A DNA stretch of 64,000 nucleotides from assembly GCA_964106915.2 (NCBI GenBank), contig OZ066926.1. One strand, written 5' to 3'. This document shows, in pieces, positions 12,013 through 22,400 of the stretch. Within the stretch, counting starts at the first letter, position 1; each line of letters starts with the position of its first letter. This DNA comes from Podarcis gaigeae. Its lineage: Eukaryota. A model generated the notes under the pieces. It was not told the DNA's origin. It did not search any database and saw nothing but the letters and a program-made list of their open reading frames with translations. A program made the position numbers and the translations under genes.

Positions 12013-15000
12013 GGGTTGCCCGGTAGGGCCCTTGGCCCGCCGGCAGACATCACAACCAGCAACGTAGCGAGCCACGTCAGCTTTCAGGCGGGGCCACCAA
12101 AACTCACGGCTTACCAGATGGGTGGTCCGATACCGCCCAAAGTGCCCCGCTGCTGGGGCATCATGGGTCATCCGGAGAACCTCAGCCCGCAGTGGCCCTG
12201 GCAGGATGTACAGGCGACCATGGTGCAGCAGAAGGCCCTGATGCAAGACCAGCCCCAGATACTGAGGGCTGGACCCTTCAGCCAGCTCCCGGAGTTGTTC
12301 CTGGGCCCAAGCGTCGACCCGCTGCTGTTCCTGCACCCGAGCCTGCAGTGGCTCAGCCTCCTGGGTGGCCAGGAATGCAGCTGGTGGTAGGATCGTGGTG
12401 GGTACTGCCTGCTGTACCGTGTCTGCGTTGTCTTCAGGTTTCCGGGACAGGGCATCCGCCTTCTGGTTTTGGGAACTAGGGATGTAGCGGATCCGGAACT
12501 GGAACCGGGAAAAGAACAACGCCCACCGGATCTGCCTTCGGTTCAGCTTGCGGGTGGTCTGGAGGTACTCCAGGTTCCGGTGGTCGGTTCTCACCTCCAC
12601 TGGGTGTCGTGCCCCCTCAAGATGGTGGCGCCAGACCTCAAAGGCCACCTTGATGGCCAGTAGTTCCCGCTCCCACACGGTATAGTTACGCTCCGCTGGA
12701 AGGAGCTGGCGGGAATAGAAGGCACAGGGTAAGAGTGGCGCTTCAGGTCTATACTGCTGAGACAAGACGGCACCGAGAGCTGTACTGGAGGCGTCGGTCT
12801 CCACCACAAAGGGTCGAGAGGGGTCAAGATGTTGCAAGATCGGCACTCTCTGGAAACAGGCCTTCAACCCCTGAAACGCCTCCTCTGCCTCCTTGTCCCA
12901 GGAAAACGGCGTCTTGGGGCGCAGTAGCCGGGTCAATGGCGTGGTGTGCTGAGCATAATCTGCAATGAAGGTCCGGTAATAGTTGGCGAACCCCAGGAAA
13001 CGCTGTAGGTCCTTGCGGTTCCAAGGTGCCGCCCATTCTCGAACCGCTGCCATCTTCCCAGGATCCATCTGCACCCCATCTGGAGAGAGCCGGTGACCAA
13101 GGAAGTCCACAGACCGCTGATGGAACTCGCACTTGCTGAGCTTTGCATACAAACGGTGCTCGCGCAAGCGCTGCAGCACGGTCCGGACATGACCCTCATG
13201 GCTAGCCGGGTCACGGGAGTAAACCAGAATGTCATCCAAGTACACCACCACGTACTTGTCTAGCAAGTCCTGGAACACGTGGTTGATGTACCGTTGGAAC
13301 ACAGCAGGCGCGTTGCACAAACCGAAGGGCATAACCAGGTATTCAAACTGCCCGTGCCGGGTCCCGAATGCTGTCTTCCACTCATCCCCGTCTCGGATCC
13401 GAATCAAATTGTAGGCCCCCCAGAGGTCTAGCTTGGTGAACACCTGCGCCCCTTGCACCCGCTCCAGCAACTCCGAAATAAGGGGCAAGGGGTACCGGTC
13501 TGGGATGGTCATTTTGTTCAGGGCCCGGTAATCATGGCAAAGGCGGAGCTCCCCACATTTCTTCTTAACAAAGAGCACTGGCGCAGCGGTGGGCGAGGTA
13601 GAAGGCCTGATGAAACCACGCTCCAGGTTCTTGCGCAAGAAGTCCTGCAAAGCCTCACGCTCTGGCTCTGTTAGAGAGTATAAGCGACTCACCGGTAGGG
13701 GCGCTCCGGGCTGGAGGTCTATGCCACAGTCAAAAGACCGATGCGGCGGCAGCTGGTCTGCCCCCCGTTCCTCGAACACGTCTTGGTAGTCCCGGTACAC
13801 GGCTGGGAGCGTGGGTGCTGCCTCCTCCGTGGGTGCGGCCGCTAGCATCTCGGACTGAGCATGGGAACATGGGTCTGGGAAGTGCACAGTCCATTTGACC
13901 CAGTCAATCTGAACATTGTGAGCCTCCAGCCAGTCCATCCCGAGCACCAGGGGGAACCGGGGCATGGAGGCAATGTCCAAGGTTCGCACCTCCCGGTGCT
14001 GCTGGAGACACAGGACCAAGGGCTGGGTCTCCCGAGTGACGGCACCCGAACGCAGGAGCCGTCCGTCAATTGCCTCCACCTGTACCGGTTCTGGCTTGTT
14101 CTGAAGTGGCACCTGATGATGAGCGGCAAAGGCAGCGTCCATATAGGAGCGGGTTACCCCCGAATCTACCAAAGCGTGGGTAAGAATCCAGGGCCCACCT
14201 GGAGGGTAGAGACGCACCGGTACCATGAGATGTCGCAATTCCACTGGTGAGGGCCCTTCTTGCATGGTTTGGGACCCCATGTTGCTAGGGCCTTCGGCTA
14301 CCGAGGTTGGCGGTCTCCCTGCGACTGGTATCTTCTCGGGACAGGAACGGGCATAATGTCCACTCCCACCACAGTAAAGACACAGGTTCCCCTCCCGACG
14401 CCGCGACTTCTCCGAGGGGGAGAGGCGAGGTCGCGCAGCCCCGAGCTGCGTTGGCTCGACTGGCAACTCGGCTGTGGGCGTGGACCTGCTGGGAAGGACT
14501 GGCGCTAGGAGCCGGGAGTGCTGGCGATCCCGGGCCTGGCGACGGTCCTCCAACCGATCGTCTATCTGCAGGCTCCGCTGAATGAGGTCGTCCAGTGTGG
14601 TGGGACGATCCATCATGGCCAACTGGTCCAGTATCTCGTCCGACAGTCCCTCAAGATACTGGTCCCGTAGTGCAGAGTCATTCCAAGACAAGTCTTGTGC
14701 CAACAGCCGAAATTCTGTGGCGTAGGCGGCGGCTGTGGACTTGTCCTGCTTCAACCGACGAATCGCCCGATTGGCTTGGCTCTCCTTCAGAGGGTTACCA
14801 AACACAGTCTCTAAGTGGTTACAAAACCCCACATAGTCCGTTAGCAAAGGAGAGTCTTGCCGGAGCAGTGGCAAAGCCCACTTGGACGCCTGGTCCTTTA
14901 ACAAACTGATTAAAAAGTGCACCTTGGTGCGGTCGTCTTGGAAGTTCCGGGCTCGCCCCTGAATGTACAACTTGGCCTGGGTGAGGAACATGGGAAAACT

Positions 15001-15195
15001 GGCCGGGGCCCCATCAAACTTCTCAGGTAAAGCCACTGGGTACTTGCCAGGAGCCGGGGCGTCGGCCCCAGGAGCCGGTAGGGCGTCCAAGCGCTGCTGA
15101 AGTGCCGTAACCGCGTTGCTGAGCTGCTGCACGGTGTGAGTCAAGGCCTGGTTCTCCTGGGCTATTGGCAGCAGCGTAGCCGCTTGGTCGGCCAT
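11947..15195 (-). CDS. Gag-Pol polyprotein in a single ORF, truncated in integrase
   Basis: From MADQAATLL: coiled coil, PEKFDG capsid, CCHC knuckle [14 protein letters not shown] (about 14341-14382), protease LVDSG (about 14160), RT YLDD (13231-13242), RNase H TDAS/ERELLA/TDHRNL/ADALSR, integrase HHCC (H..H..CDVC); frameshift at 12011-12015. Confidence 0.93.
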   Translation of the reverse strand: MADQAATLLPIAQENQALTHTVQQLSNAVTALQQRLDALPAPGADAPAPGKYPVALPEKFDGAPASFPMFLTQAKLYIQGRARNFQDDRTKVHFLISLLKDQASKWALPLLRQDSPLLTDYVGFCNHLETVFGNPLKESQANRAIRRLKQDKSTAAAYATEFRLLAQDLSWNDSALRDQYLEGLSDEILDQLAMMDRPTTLDDLIQRSLQIDDRLEDRRQARDRQHSRLLAPVLPSRSTPTAELPVEPTQLGAARPRLSPSEKSRRREGNLCLYCGGSGHYARSCPEKIPVAGRPPTSVAEGPSNMGSQTMQEGPSPVELRHLMVPVRLYPPGGPWILTHALVDSGVTRSYMDAAFAAHHQVPLQNKPEPVQVEAIDGRLLRSGAVTRETQPLVLCLQQHREVRTLDIASMPRFPLVLGMDWLEAHNVQIDWVKWTVHFPDPCSHAQSEMLAAAPTEEAAPTLPAVYRDYQDVFEERGADQLPPHRSFDCGIDLQPGAPLPVSRLYSLTEPEREALQDFLRKNLERGFIRPSTSPTAAPVLFVKKKCGELRLCHDYRALNKMTIPDRYPLPLISELLERVQGAQVFTKLDLWGAYNLIRIRDGDEWKTAFGTRHGQFEYLVMPFGLCNAPAVFQRYINHVFQDLLDKYVVVYLDDILVYSRDPASHEGHVRTVLQRLREHRLYAKLSKCEFHQRSVDFLGHRLSPDGVQMDPGKMAAVREWAAPWNRKDLQRFLGFANYYRTFIADYAQHTTPLTRLLRPKTPFSWDKEAEEAFQGLKACFQRVPILQHLDPSRPFVVETDASSTALGAVLSQQYRPEAPLLPCAFYSRQLLPAERNYTVWERELLAIKVAFEVWRHHLEGARHPVEVRTDHRNLEYLQTTRKLNRRQIRWALFFSRFQFRIRYIPSSQNQKADALSRKPEDNADTVQQAVPTTILPPAAFLATQEAEPLQARVQEQQRVDAWAQEQLRELAEGSSPQYLGLVLHQGLLLHHGRLYILPGPLRAEVLRMTHDAPAAGHFGRYRTTHLVSREFWWPRLKADVARYVAGCDVCRRAKGPTGQPPAYFSHCQFHHVLGTRFRWTL

Positions 15196-15243
15196 GGCTT
15201 CTGGCTCTTCCCGAACGCACCCCAACAAAGGGGGAGTGCGGGA

Positions 15244-15259
15244 GGTGGCGGGAGCAAAC
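15244..15259 (-). promoter_or_regulatory. Non-tRNA primer-binding site (self-priming type)
   Basis: GTTTGCTCCCGCCACC immediately after the 5' LTR lacks the TGG of tRNA PBSs and is complementary to GGTTGCGGGAGCAA at 15439-15426. Confidence 0.7.
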
Positions 15260-15821
15260 TGTGCTGGTCCCAGGGGAAAGATACCGTTACCGTAGTCCGA
15301 GTTCACAAGATGAGAGGCGAGGTCCGAATCAGGGAGCCGGGCGGGGAACAGGAACGCTGGAAGGTCAGAAGCAGGAGGCCGGGCAGGGAACAGGAACACT
15401 GGAAGGTTTGAAGCCAACAACGACATTGCTCCCGCAACCTGGGACCGGGCTGACCTTTATCTTCTTCTAAGGCCAGGGGCGGTCCCGGCCCCCTGGAGCC
15501 CCGCCTTCTCTGGCCTTAAGGCGAGCACTCCTCCTGGGAGCAACCAGTTCCCTTCGCCTCTCTGCCCTAAGCCTCTGCAGTTCAGGAGAGGCCGAAGGGT
15601 TACTGGGCCCCGGAGGAGGCTCACCTGTAGACACTGAGTCCTCAAGCACCTCTGGGGCCAGAATGGTTTCACCTGGTGCCTGCTCCTGAGGATCTGACAC
15701 AGGTGCAGGCTCCTCAGAATCTAGGCCTTGCCCCAGTTCAGCCGGCCCTGGAGGCGGGGACTCCTGTGCAGGCTGGGATTCCTCTGGTTCAGCCTCTGAA
15801 TCGGAATCCCAGGCCATCACA
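15260..15821 (-). repeat. 5' LTR (562 bp, TGTGATGG...CAGCACA)
   Basis: About 98% identical to 11327-11873; GATAAA TATA-like box at 15461-15456; two copies of a 42-bp internal repeat. Confidence 0.95.
15467..15817 (-). CDS. LTR(U3)-encoded 116-aa acidic/Pro-rich protein with basic RRSARL tail (putative)
   Basis: ATG at LTR nt 5 in strong Kozak context (GTG ATG G); stop just before the TATA-like box; frame also open in the 3' LTR (11580-11873). Confidence 0.5.
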   Translation of the reverse strand: MAWDSDSEAEPEESQPAQESPPPGPAELGQGLDSEEPAPVSDPQEQAPGETILAPEVLEDSVSTGEPPPGPSNPSASPELQRLRAERRRELVAPRRSARLKAREGGAPGGRDRPWP

Positions 15822-16550
15822 CTATCCTTCTACCTGTAGCCTCTTGCCCTGCCTTCATCAGGGTGTCCCACCTTTACCTGCCACACAACTGGCATTTTAC
15901 ACATTATCCTACTTGTGTAGGGCAAGTGAATGTGGATTGGGATGGATCCATGGAGCAAATTATGACTTTGGATAGGACTAATTCAGTCCACAGGGAGGCT
16001 TTGCCACACTGGTGCCTGGGAAATGCCTTGGAAACTGTGTATCTGGATTAAGGAGGCAATAAAATGGGACACCATTTTGATAAGCACCATGCTCGTGTGC
16101 ATGCAGGAGCCACACTGAAGGCACATAAACTGTCACATGGAAGCACCCACAGATAGTTATCAAGTGTTAACTGGTTTAAATTGGCTCCTAATAAATGAAG
16201 TAAAGCTTTGGGCAGCAGCAAACAGGCCTCCATCACCCAGCAGGTGAGGCAGCTTAGAATGCAATGGGCCTTTTGCTGGTCCAGCTCTGCCCACTCCCCA
16301 ACTTGTTTCAGTGGTTAATAATGGCTTCTGTTCGTGGGGATACCCCCAACACTAGCTTCCACCCACCATTCAAAAACTGCAGCAAGGAGGGACAATTCTA
16401 TCTCATCCAAACCTGTTCCAACATTTGCTCTACCCATTAAAAAAAACCATTAAAACTGTGCTTCTCTTCAGATGGAACAGAATCCTAGCTTATTTTTTTT
16501 TGGGGGGGGTGTCCTGTGGTGACTGAACAGAAGCTTAAAGAGTGATAGTA

Positions 16551-17131
16551 ATCATCATCATCATCATCATCATCATTTATTATTTATACCCCACCCATCT
16601 GGCTGGGTTTCCCCAGCCACTCTGGGCTGCTCCCAACAGAATTAAAAGCACAATAGAACATCAAACATTAAAAACTTCCCTAAACAGGGCTGCCTTCAGA
16701 TGTCTTTTAAAAATAGGATAGCTGCTTATTTCCTTGACATCTGATGGGAGGGCATTCCACAGGGCGGGTGGGCACCACTGCCAAGAAGGCCCTGTGCCTG
16801 GCTCCCTGTAACTTTGCTTCTCACAGTGATGGAACTGCCAGAAGGCCCTCAGCACTGGATCTCAGTGTCCAGGCTGAACGATGGGAGTGGAGACGCTCCT
16901 TCAGGTATACTGGACCGAGGCCGTTTAGGGCTTTAAAGGTAAGCACCAACACTTTGAATTTTGCTTGGAAACGTACTGGGAACCAATGCAGATCTCTCAG
17001 GACTGGTGTTATATGGTCTTGGCGGCCGCTCCCAGTCACCAGTCTAGCTGCCGCATTCTGATTTAATTGCAGTTTCCGGGTCACCTTCAAAGGTAGCCCC
17101 ACATAGAGTGCATTGCAGTAGTCCAAGCGGG
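16551..17131 (-). mobile_element. L2 LINE 3' fragment with (ATG)n/AATAAA tail
   Basis: SRLDYCNALYVGLPLKVTRKLQLNQNAAARLVTG..HITPVLRDLHWFPVRFQAKFKVLVLTFKALNGLGP is the L2 ORF2 C-terminus; (ATC)n at 16551-16576. Confidence 0.9.
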
Positions 17132-17943
17132 AGCATGATAGCACTTTTTTATCAGTTGCCTCCCCCTTGCTGCTGAGGATTATATGGTAAATTGCCCCAT
17201 GATCTTTGGATGAAGAGAAATATAGAAATTAAATAAGTAAATAAATAAAATAAGATTGCTCTTCAGTTCCATGTACTGGAGGCTCCCTGTTTTATACCTA
17301 TGCAAAACTGTATCTGTCTTGATGTCTTCACAATAGCTAGTGCCAACAACTGGGCAAAAAGCATCTTGCTTTAGGATAACTCCCATGAATTTTTATGTAT
17401 TTCAGAAGTGTTGGTAAGTAAATAGTAAGCAGAGCATGCATTATGGATGAACTTCATTAATGTTTTCTAATCCCAATGGACCACAGTGAATTGCACAGTT
17501 TTTTGTTTGTTTTAGTGTGTTTTAGTGTTCTCACTTTGTATTTTTATGTTGTGAACCACCTTTTGATCTTTGGGTGAAGGGTGGTGTAACAAACAAGCAA
17601 ACATATACTGTAGGTACAGGCAACGTCGTTTTTATGCCGTGCAGGGAAATTGGCATCAGGGAATCTGAATACTGGCTTATAGAAAGTAGGCATCGTAGCC
17701 TTACCAGTGCCAGGAATGAAATTATGTTTTAAATGATGCCCTGTTTCCAGGAGGAAAACACTAAATCATGTGAAGCCTGTTATCACTCCTCCCACCCCCA
17801 CCACACAGATACCCTTGTTTAAAAGGTAGAAGTGATTCTGGCAAGGATTCACAGGACACAGTTTTTTATTTTTTGTAGAGAGGTCCCAACTGGTGGCTAC
17901 TTACCCATTTCCTGCCTCCTTTCCCACGTGTGTTGATGGCAGA

Positions 17944-18200
17944 TTAAAAACCATGTTCAATTGGTTTTACAAAGTCAATAAAAGTACACCATGTTGCACA
18001 GAACCTGTAGATCCCCCCCCCCCCCCGCTCGGGACGTTCGCTTTGTTTGTCTGGACAAATTAAGTGTTTTGCAATGTTGCATTCCTGCAACCTGAGAGAT
18101 TTCCATTTTTTTGCTACCACTAACTTAGCTGCTGTTAGCAAGGGCAAGAGAAGATCTTTCTTGCTTGAATCTCGACGCTGCCGAGTAAAGATAAGAGAGG
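17944..18200 (-). mobile_element. Degenerate L1-clade ORF2 C-terminal fragment
   Basis: LLTAAKLVVAKKWKS...F..TW..FIDFV resembles the non-mammalian L1/Tx1 ORF2 C-terminus. Confidence 0.5.
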
Positions 18201-18347
18201 CGGTTTTGGGTCTGGGCTGTCTTGTCATCAGGCTGGTTTTTGCGGGGTGGAACTTCCCTCCAAAGGGGGTAAATTCGGGGCTGCGCCACCACGCAGGGAG
18301 CGTGGTAAAGGCTATGCGCTTGTGCGGTATGTAGGTATGTGTATTTA

Positions 18348-18569
18348 CAGTGGTGCCTCGGGTTACTTAATTCGTTCCGGAGGTCTGTTCTTAGCCTGAA
18401 ACTGTTCTTAACCTGAAGCACCACTTTAGCTAATGGGGCCTCCTGCTGCCACTGCGCCGCTGCTGTGCAATTTCTGTTCTTATCCTGAAGCAAAGTTCTT
18501 AACCCGAGGTACTATTTCTGGGTTAGCGGAGTCTGTAACCTGAAGCGTCTGTAACCCGAGGTACTACTG
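18348..18569. mobile_element. TcMar (Tigger/pogo-like) MITE
   Basis: TIRs CAGTGGTGCCTCGGGTTAC / GTAACCCGAGGTACTACTG, TA flanks; same family as 28430 and 51909, opposite orientation. Confidence 0.85.
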
Positions 18570-18589
18570 TAGTCTACCGCCCTATACTC

Positions 18590-19480
18590 CGAGATCTCAG
18601 GGCGGTTCAGGACATAAAATTACAATATAAAAAACACCCCCAAGCCTTCTTGGGCTTGATGGCTGGAGGGACTGGAGACGCGCCGTGACGCAGCCACCTG
18701 CTGCTGCCCGCGGGGAGAGCGCTCCGGGCCGCCGGGGGCCGCGGGAGGGCGCGGCGAGGGCCACGGCAGGCGCCTGGCTGGGCGGAGTCCCGCGTCCGGC
18801 CCCTCGACGGCCCTTCGCCAATGCCGGGCGCGCAGGGCGGAGCCGGCCGGCCGCCTCAGAGCCGCGCTCGCCGCGCCTCGCTCAGCCGCCGCCGCCGCCG
18901 CCGCCGCGGACGCGTCTTCTGCTGGGGGCTCCGCGCGCCCGAGTCCGGGGCCGAGAGGGGGCAGCGCGGACGGGCAGGAGGCGAGCCCGTCCGAGCGGGG
19001 AGGTAAGCGGGGCGAGGAGCGGGGCTTGGCGGGACTGCGCGCCTCAGGCAGCGCCGCCTTCCCAGGAGCGCCCGCCAGTTCCGGGTCCCGGGTGGCCTTT
19101 TTTGGGCGGCGGCGGCGGCGGCGGCCAGGCAGGCGGCCCCCCAGAGCTCCGCGCCCGGCCGCTGAAGGCTGCCGAGTCCGACGGGCGGGCGGGAGGGAGA
19201 GGCGCCGGCAGCCCCGGCGCGCGCGGGTTGCGCCTGCTGCTGCTGCTGCTGCTGCCTCTGGGCGCCCGCGCCGGGGAAGGCGCTGCTGGCTGGCCGCCTC
19301 CCGGGCTGCAAAGCGAAAGCGCAGAGGCATGCCAGGGCCGGCGCGGGAGGGAGACGGCGCTCTCCCCTGCTGAAGTTGGCGTCTAAACATTGCCGGGCTC
19401 CGCTGTTGCCCTCTTCGAGGAGAGGTCCCGGCTGCTGCTGTGTTTGAGCCCAGGCTCTCGGAGCTCGTGGAGCGGTCGAA
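18590..19480 (+). promoter_or_regulatory. TPPP: CpG island / TPPP promoter
   Basis: Very GC- and CpG-rich; CRE-like GTGACGCA about 18685, GC boxes GGGCGGAG at 18780 and 18835, CCAAT at 18818; lies upstream of TPPP exon 2. Confidence 0.8.
18850..19002 (+). other. TPPP: Putative non-coding first exon of TPPP (TSS approximate)
   Basis: Strong donor GAG|gtaagc at 19002/19003 inside the CpG island; exon 2 begins only 4 nt before the ATG, so an upstream UTR exon is required; contains (GCC)7. Confidence 0.65.
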
Positions 19481-22400
19481 ACAGAGAGATGGCATTCTTT
19501 GAAATTGCAGGAGCCTTCTTGCAATTAAAGGGACGGATCCCTTTGGACCTCTTGCTCGGAGATGTGCACCCTTCTGCTCTAATAGATCTTGCTTTAAAAA
19601 ACCGACTCCCTTTCTAGATCCTTTCTGCCCCTCAACCCCAGAGAAATCGGAAAGATTTTGCTGGCAAATAAACAGCATCTTCCTGTAAACAGAAGCTACA
19701 CACATACACGAGGGGGGTGGATGGTGGCGCCTGGGCGGGGGATGTGTGTGGATGTGATGGGGGAATCTTTAGGTTCTTCCTAGTTATGGCTTCTAGATTT
19801 TTCTGGTGTTTGTCTAGGTGCTTCAGTGTTACGTAATAGATCTTGAGAACTGGAGTCTGTGTCAGACTCGCTGAGGACCCCCTTCCCTTTCCCCTTCCAT
19901 TGCAGTGTTTATCTTTCATTTTCTGGGGAAGAAGGTTCCTGAGAAGAGGTTGTCAAGCAATAGCTGGGTGGCAGCAGCAGCAGCAACTGAGGCATGTCCT
20001 ACACAAGGGAGAATAAATTATGCACCTTCCCTGGAGGTAGCAGGTGCAATGGAAATGATTCACACTGGATCCTTCGGTTCCACTTTCTGATTTCATTCCC
20101 GCCAGAGGGAGAGCAATATTTACTCATTTCCTCAGCATGTTGCTGTCTGTGCACAGCACCTGATCTGGGCTGCAGTCCTCAGACCTGGCCATTTCCGAGC
20201 AAGCCCCTTGCGTCAGGCAGGAAGATTGCAGAGAGAGGGAGCTGGAGGGCTGGGGCAAACCCCCAAAACACAGGGGCTCAGGTGGTCTTGTGTCCTCTGC
20301 AGCAGGGGGGGGAGGCAAGATCTGTCGGCACACAGTCCCTGAGGCCCCTTCCCTGAATTTTCCGCTTTCATTCTTTTACAGCCTTTTGATTTACACAAGT
20401 CAATAGAAGGGAAAGGCAGGCAGGCAGGATTCTACCTTGTTATACAGTAACACCCCCCCCTTCTGCCTTCTAGTATGCTGACCAGTGAGGACAAAAGTAC
20501 TGAGGTGACTGGAACTATATCTTAGTAAATAACTGTAAAGGGTAAATATATCTTGTGTTTTGATGTGTCATGCCCTATCTGGGCATGAACCACACCACAG
20601 GAAGTGTGTGAGGGGGCTGCGCATGTCTGCACTGTGTCCCAGCAACCCCCTCCCCCCAAAGTGCTCCCTGTGTCTTCAGTGAGCAGCCATGTTGGGTCTG
20701 ACCCTCTGACTTGGAGGATCTTTGTACAAGTAAAATAAACGATGGCTTGTCGCAGTGATCTGGGTGCTAAGGAGAGCCACTCTGCACAAGCTCAGAATCT
20801 TTTTATTATTATTTCAGGACAGTTGCATCACTGGAAAACCTCTGGAGATTAGATTATTTTTATTCTGCCTGTTACAGTTTTGGCCTGGTTCTTGCTAAGG
20901 TGGCGAAACCTGTGCCTGAAGGGTACCATTTTATAGTGTAGGTGGAGGCTCGTTAGAAGGAATGCATTACCTGCACATAGAAAACTGGTATATCAAGGAG
21001 AAGACTAGCCTAGAGCCCTTCTCTCATTGGCATGTTGGTTTTCTGTGTGCTCTTAACCACCTGCTTGGTTTGTTCATAGGGAAAGAAGAGCAATTTCTCA
21101 GAACTTTGTAAAATTGAAAACTTTGCAGTCGATGAATCTATTACTAGGGAGATCTAAGTAACCAAAATTACATTCTTATGCCATTTCCATATGATGGAAA
21201 ATACAGATTAGTTTTTGTCTACATGGACAAAGTGGTTCCTCCACTTTTTCAAATGACACTCAAGTGTGGTAGTTCTGAGTTCTATTGTCTATTGTGTCCG
21301 GAGACAATAGTTATTTCAGAGAGCTGAAGAGTGATCTAAGATGGGCATCATTGCCAATGGTGTGCATGCTCATCCCACTGTAATGTCTCTTCATAGGTTT
21401 GTAACTTTTTGGGGGGTAATTCAGAAACCTACAAACTGGTTTCTGAATTACATTGCCTGCCTTTCATGTGAAATTGCTGTATGTACTAACTTTTAATGAA
21501 GTATCCACATGAAGCCTTCATCCAATCATTGTCTTCCTTCATTTTCCCATGGTGCTTCCACCTTTTCCCAGGCAGAAGAAGGTCCTCCTTTTCCCAGAAT
21601 GGAAGAGTTTGTGCTGTTTACACAGTTCTGGATGCCTTCAGTGTTACTCCTCCATACTTTTAGAAGGGGGTGGGTGACACATCCAGAAAGGGGGCCTATT
21701 GCAGCTCAGCACACATTCATAATAGGATTTCTGGCAGGTGCCATTTCATGACCATATCTAACTAGGCCTAAACGCATACCTCTCTGGTCTCTTTAAATGA
21801 ATGAGAAAAGCCATAATGCCTTCACATTACGGTAGTGCACTTGTGTATGTGAGTTTATTGTGGGTTTGTTGCCACTCATGCTTGCAATTTAGTTTTTGCA
21901 GCATCTCTATGATGTCCTGCTCATCAAAACGCCATCCCACATTTCCTCCCTTTAATTCGGATTTATCATTTCTGCAGGTTGTTTTTTAAAAATGTGTTAG
22001 GTATTCTTCATATTTCAATGGGGAAGAAAATGGGGTGCCATTTTGATGAGGGTGATACTGTGTGGACACTGCAAACAAACACGACTCCAGAGTACTGATG
22101 AATCAACAATAAACTCACATAGCTGTATTCTTATTTTTATTTAAACTATTTATTACATGCTCTTGGGTCCATAGCTCCATCAGCATTGGTGCTGAGTCTC
22201 AGTGCCACTATAGAGAATGCCCTCTCATGTCACCTCGTACTGTATCTCAGGCGATAGAGGTGCAAGCTTTCAGTCTCCTCCTCTGGCAAGCAAAATACGA
22301 CGAACAGCACATGCAAGCTTGTTAATGTGGTGGGAATCCATAATCTCCCTGAAAAACTGATCCATAGGCCCAGGAGCTGCTTACCCACAACTCTCCTCAT

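Larger units (their letters stand above)
11327..15821 (-). mobile_element. Ty3/Gypsy LTR retrotransposon (Tf1/sushi group), internally deleted
   Basis: Two LTR copies, element ends TG...CA, perfect 5-bp TSD CTATC (11322-11326 and 15822-15826), gag-PR-RT-RNaseH-IN domain order. Confidence 0.97.

Noticed and set aside
11947-15195. Domesticated PEG10/RTL1 orthologue
   Set aside because: Flanked by near-identical LTRs and a TSD with an intact RT YLDD motif, so it is a recent transposon copy; PEG10/RTL1 are therian genes lacking LTRs
15196-15426. 77-aa N-terminal extension of Gag from the ATG at 15426
   Set aside because: The ATG is ACG in the other LTR (CpG transition), lies about 10 nt from the predicted cap and runs through R-U5-PBS; the Gag start at 15195 is more plausible
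18597-19705. Long overlapping ORFs (361, 233, 222 aa) on both strands
   Set aside because: Low-complexity Ala/Arg/Gly/Pro translations caused by stop-codon scarcity in a CpG island; no recognisable domain
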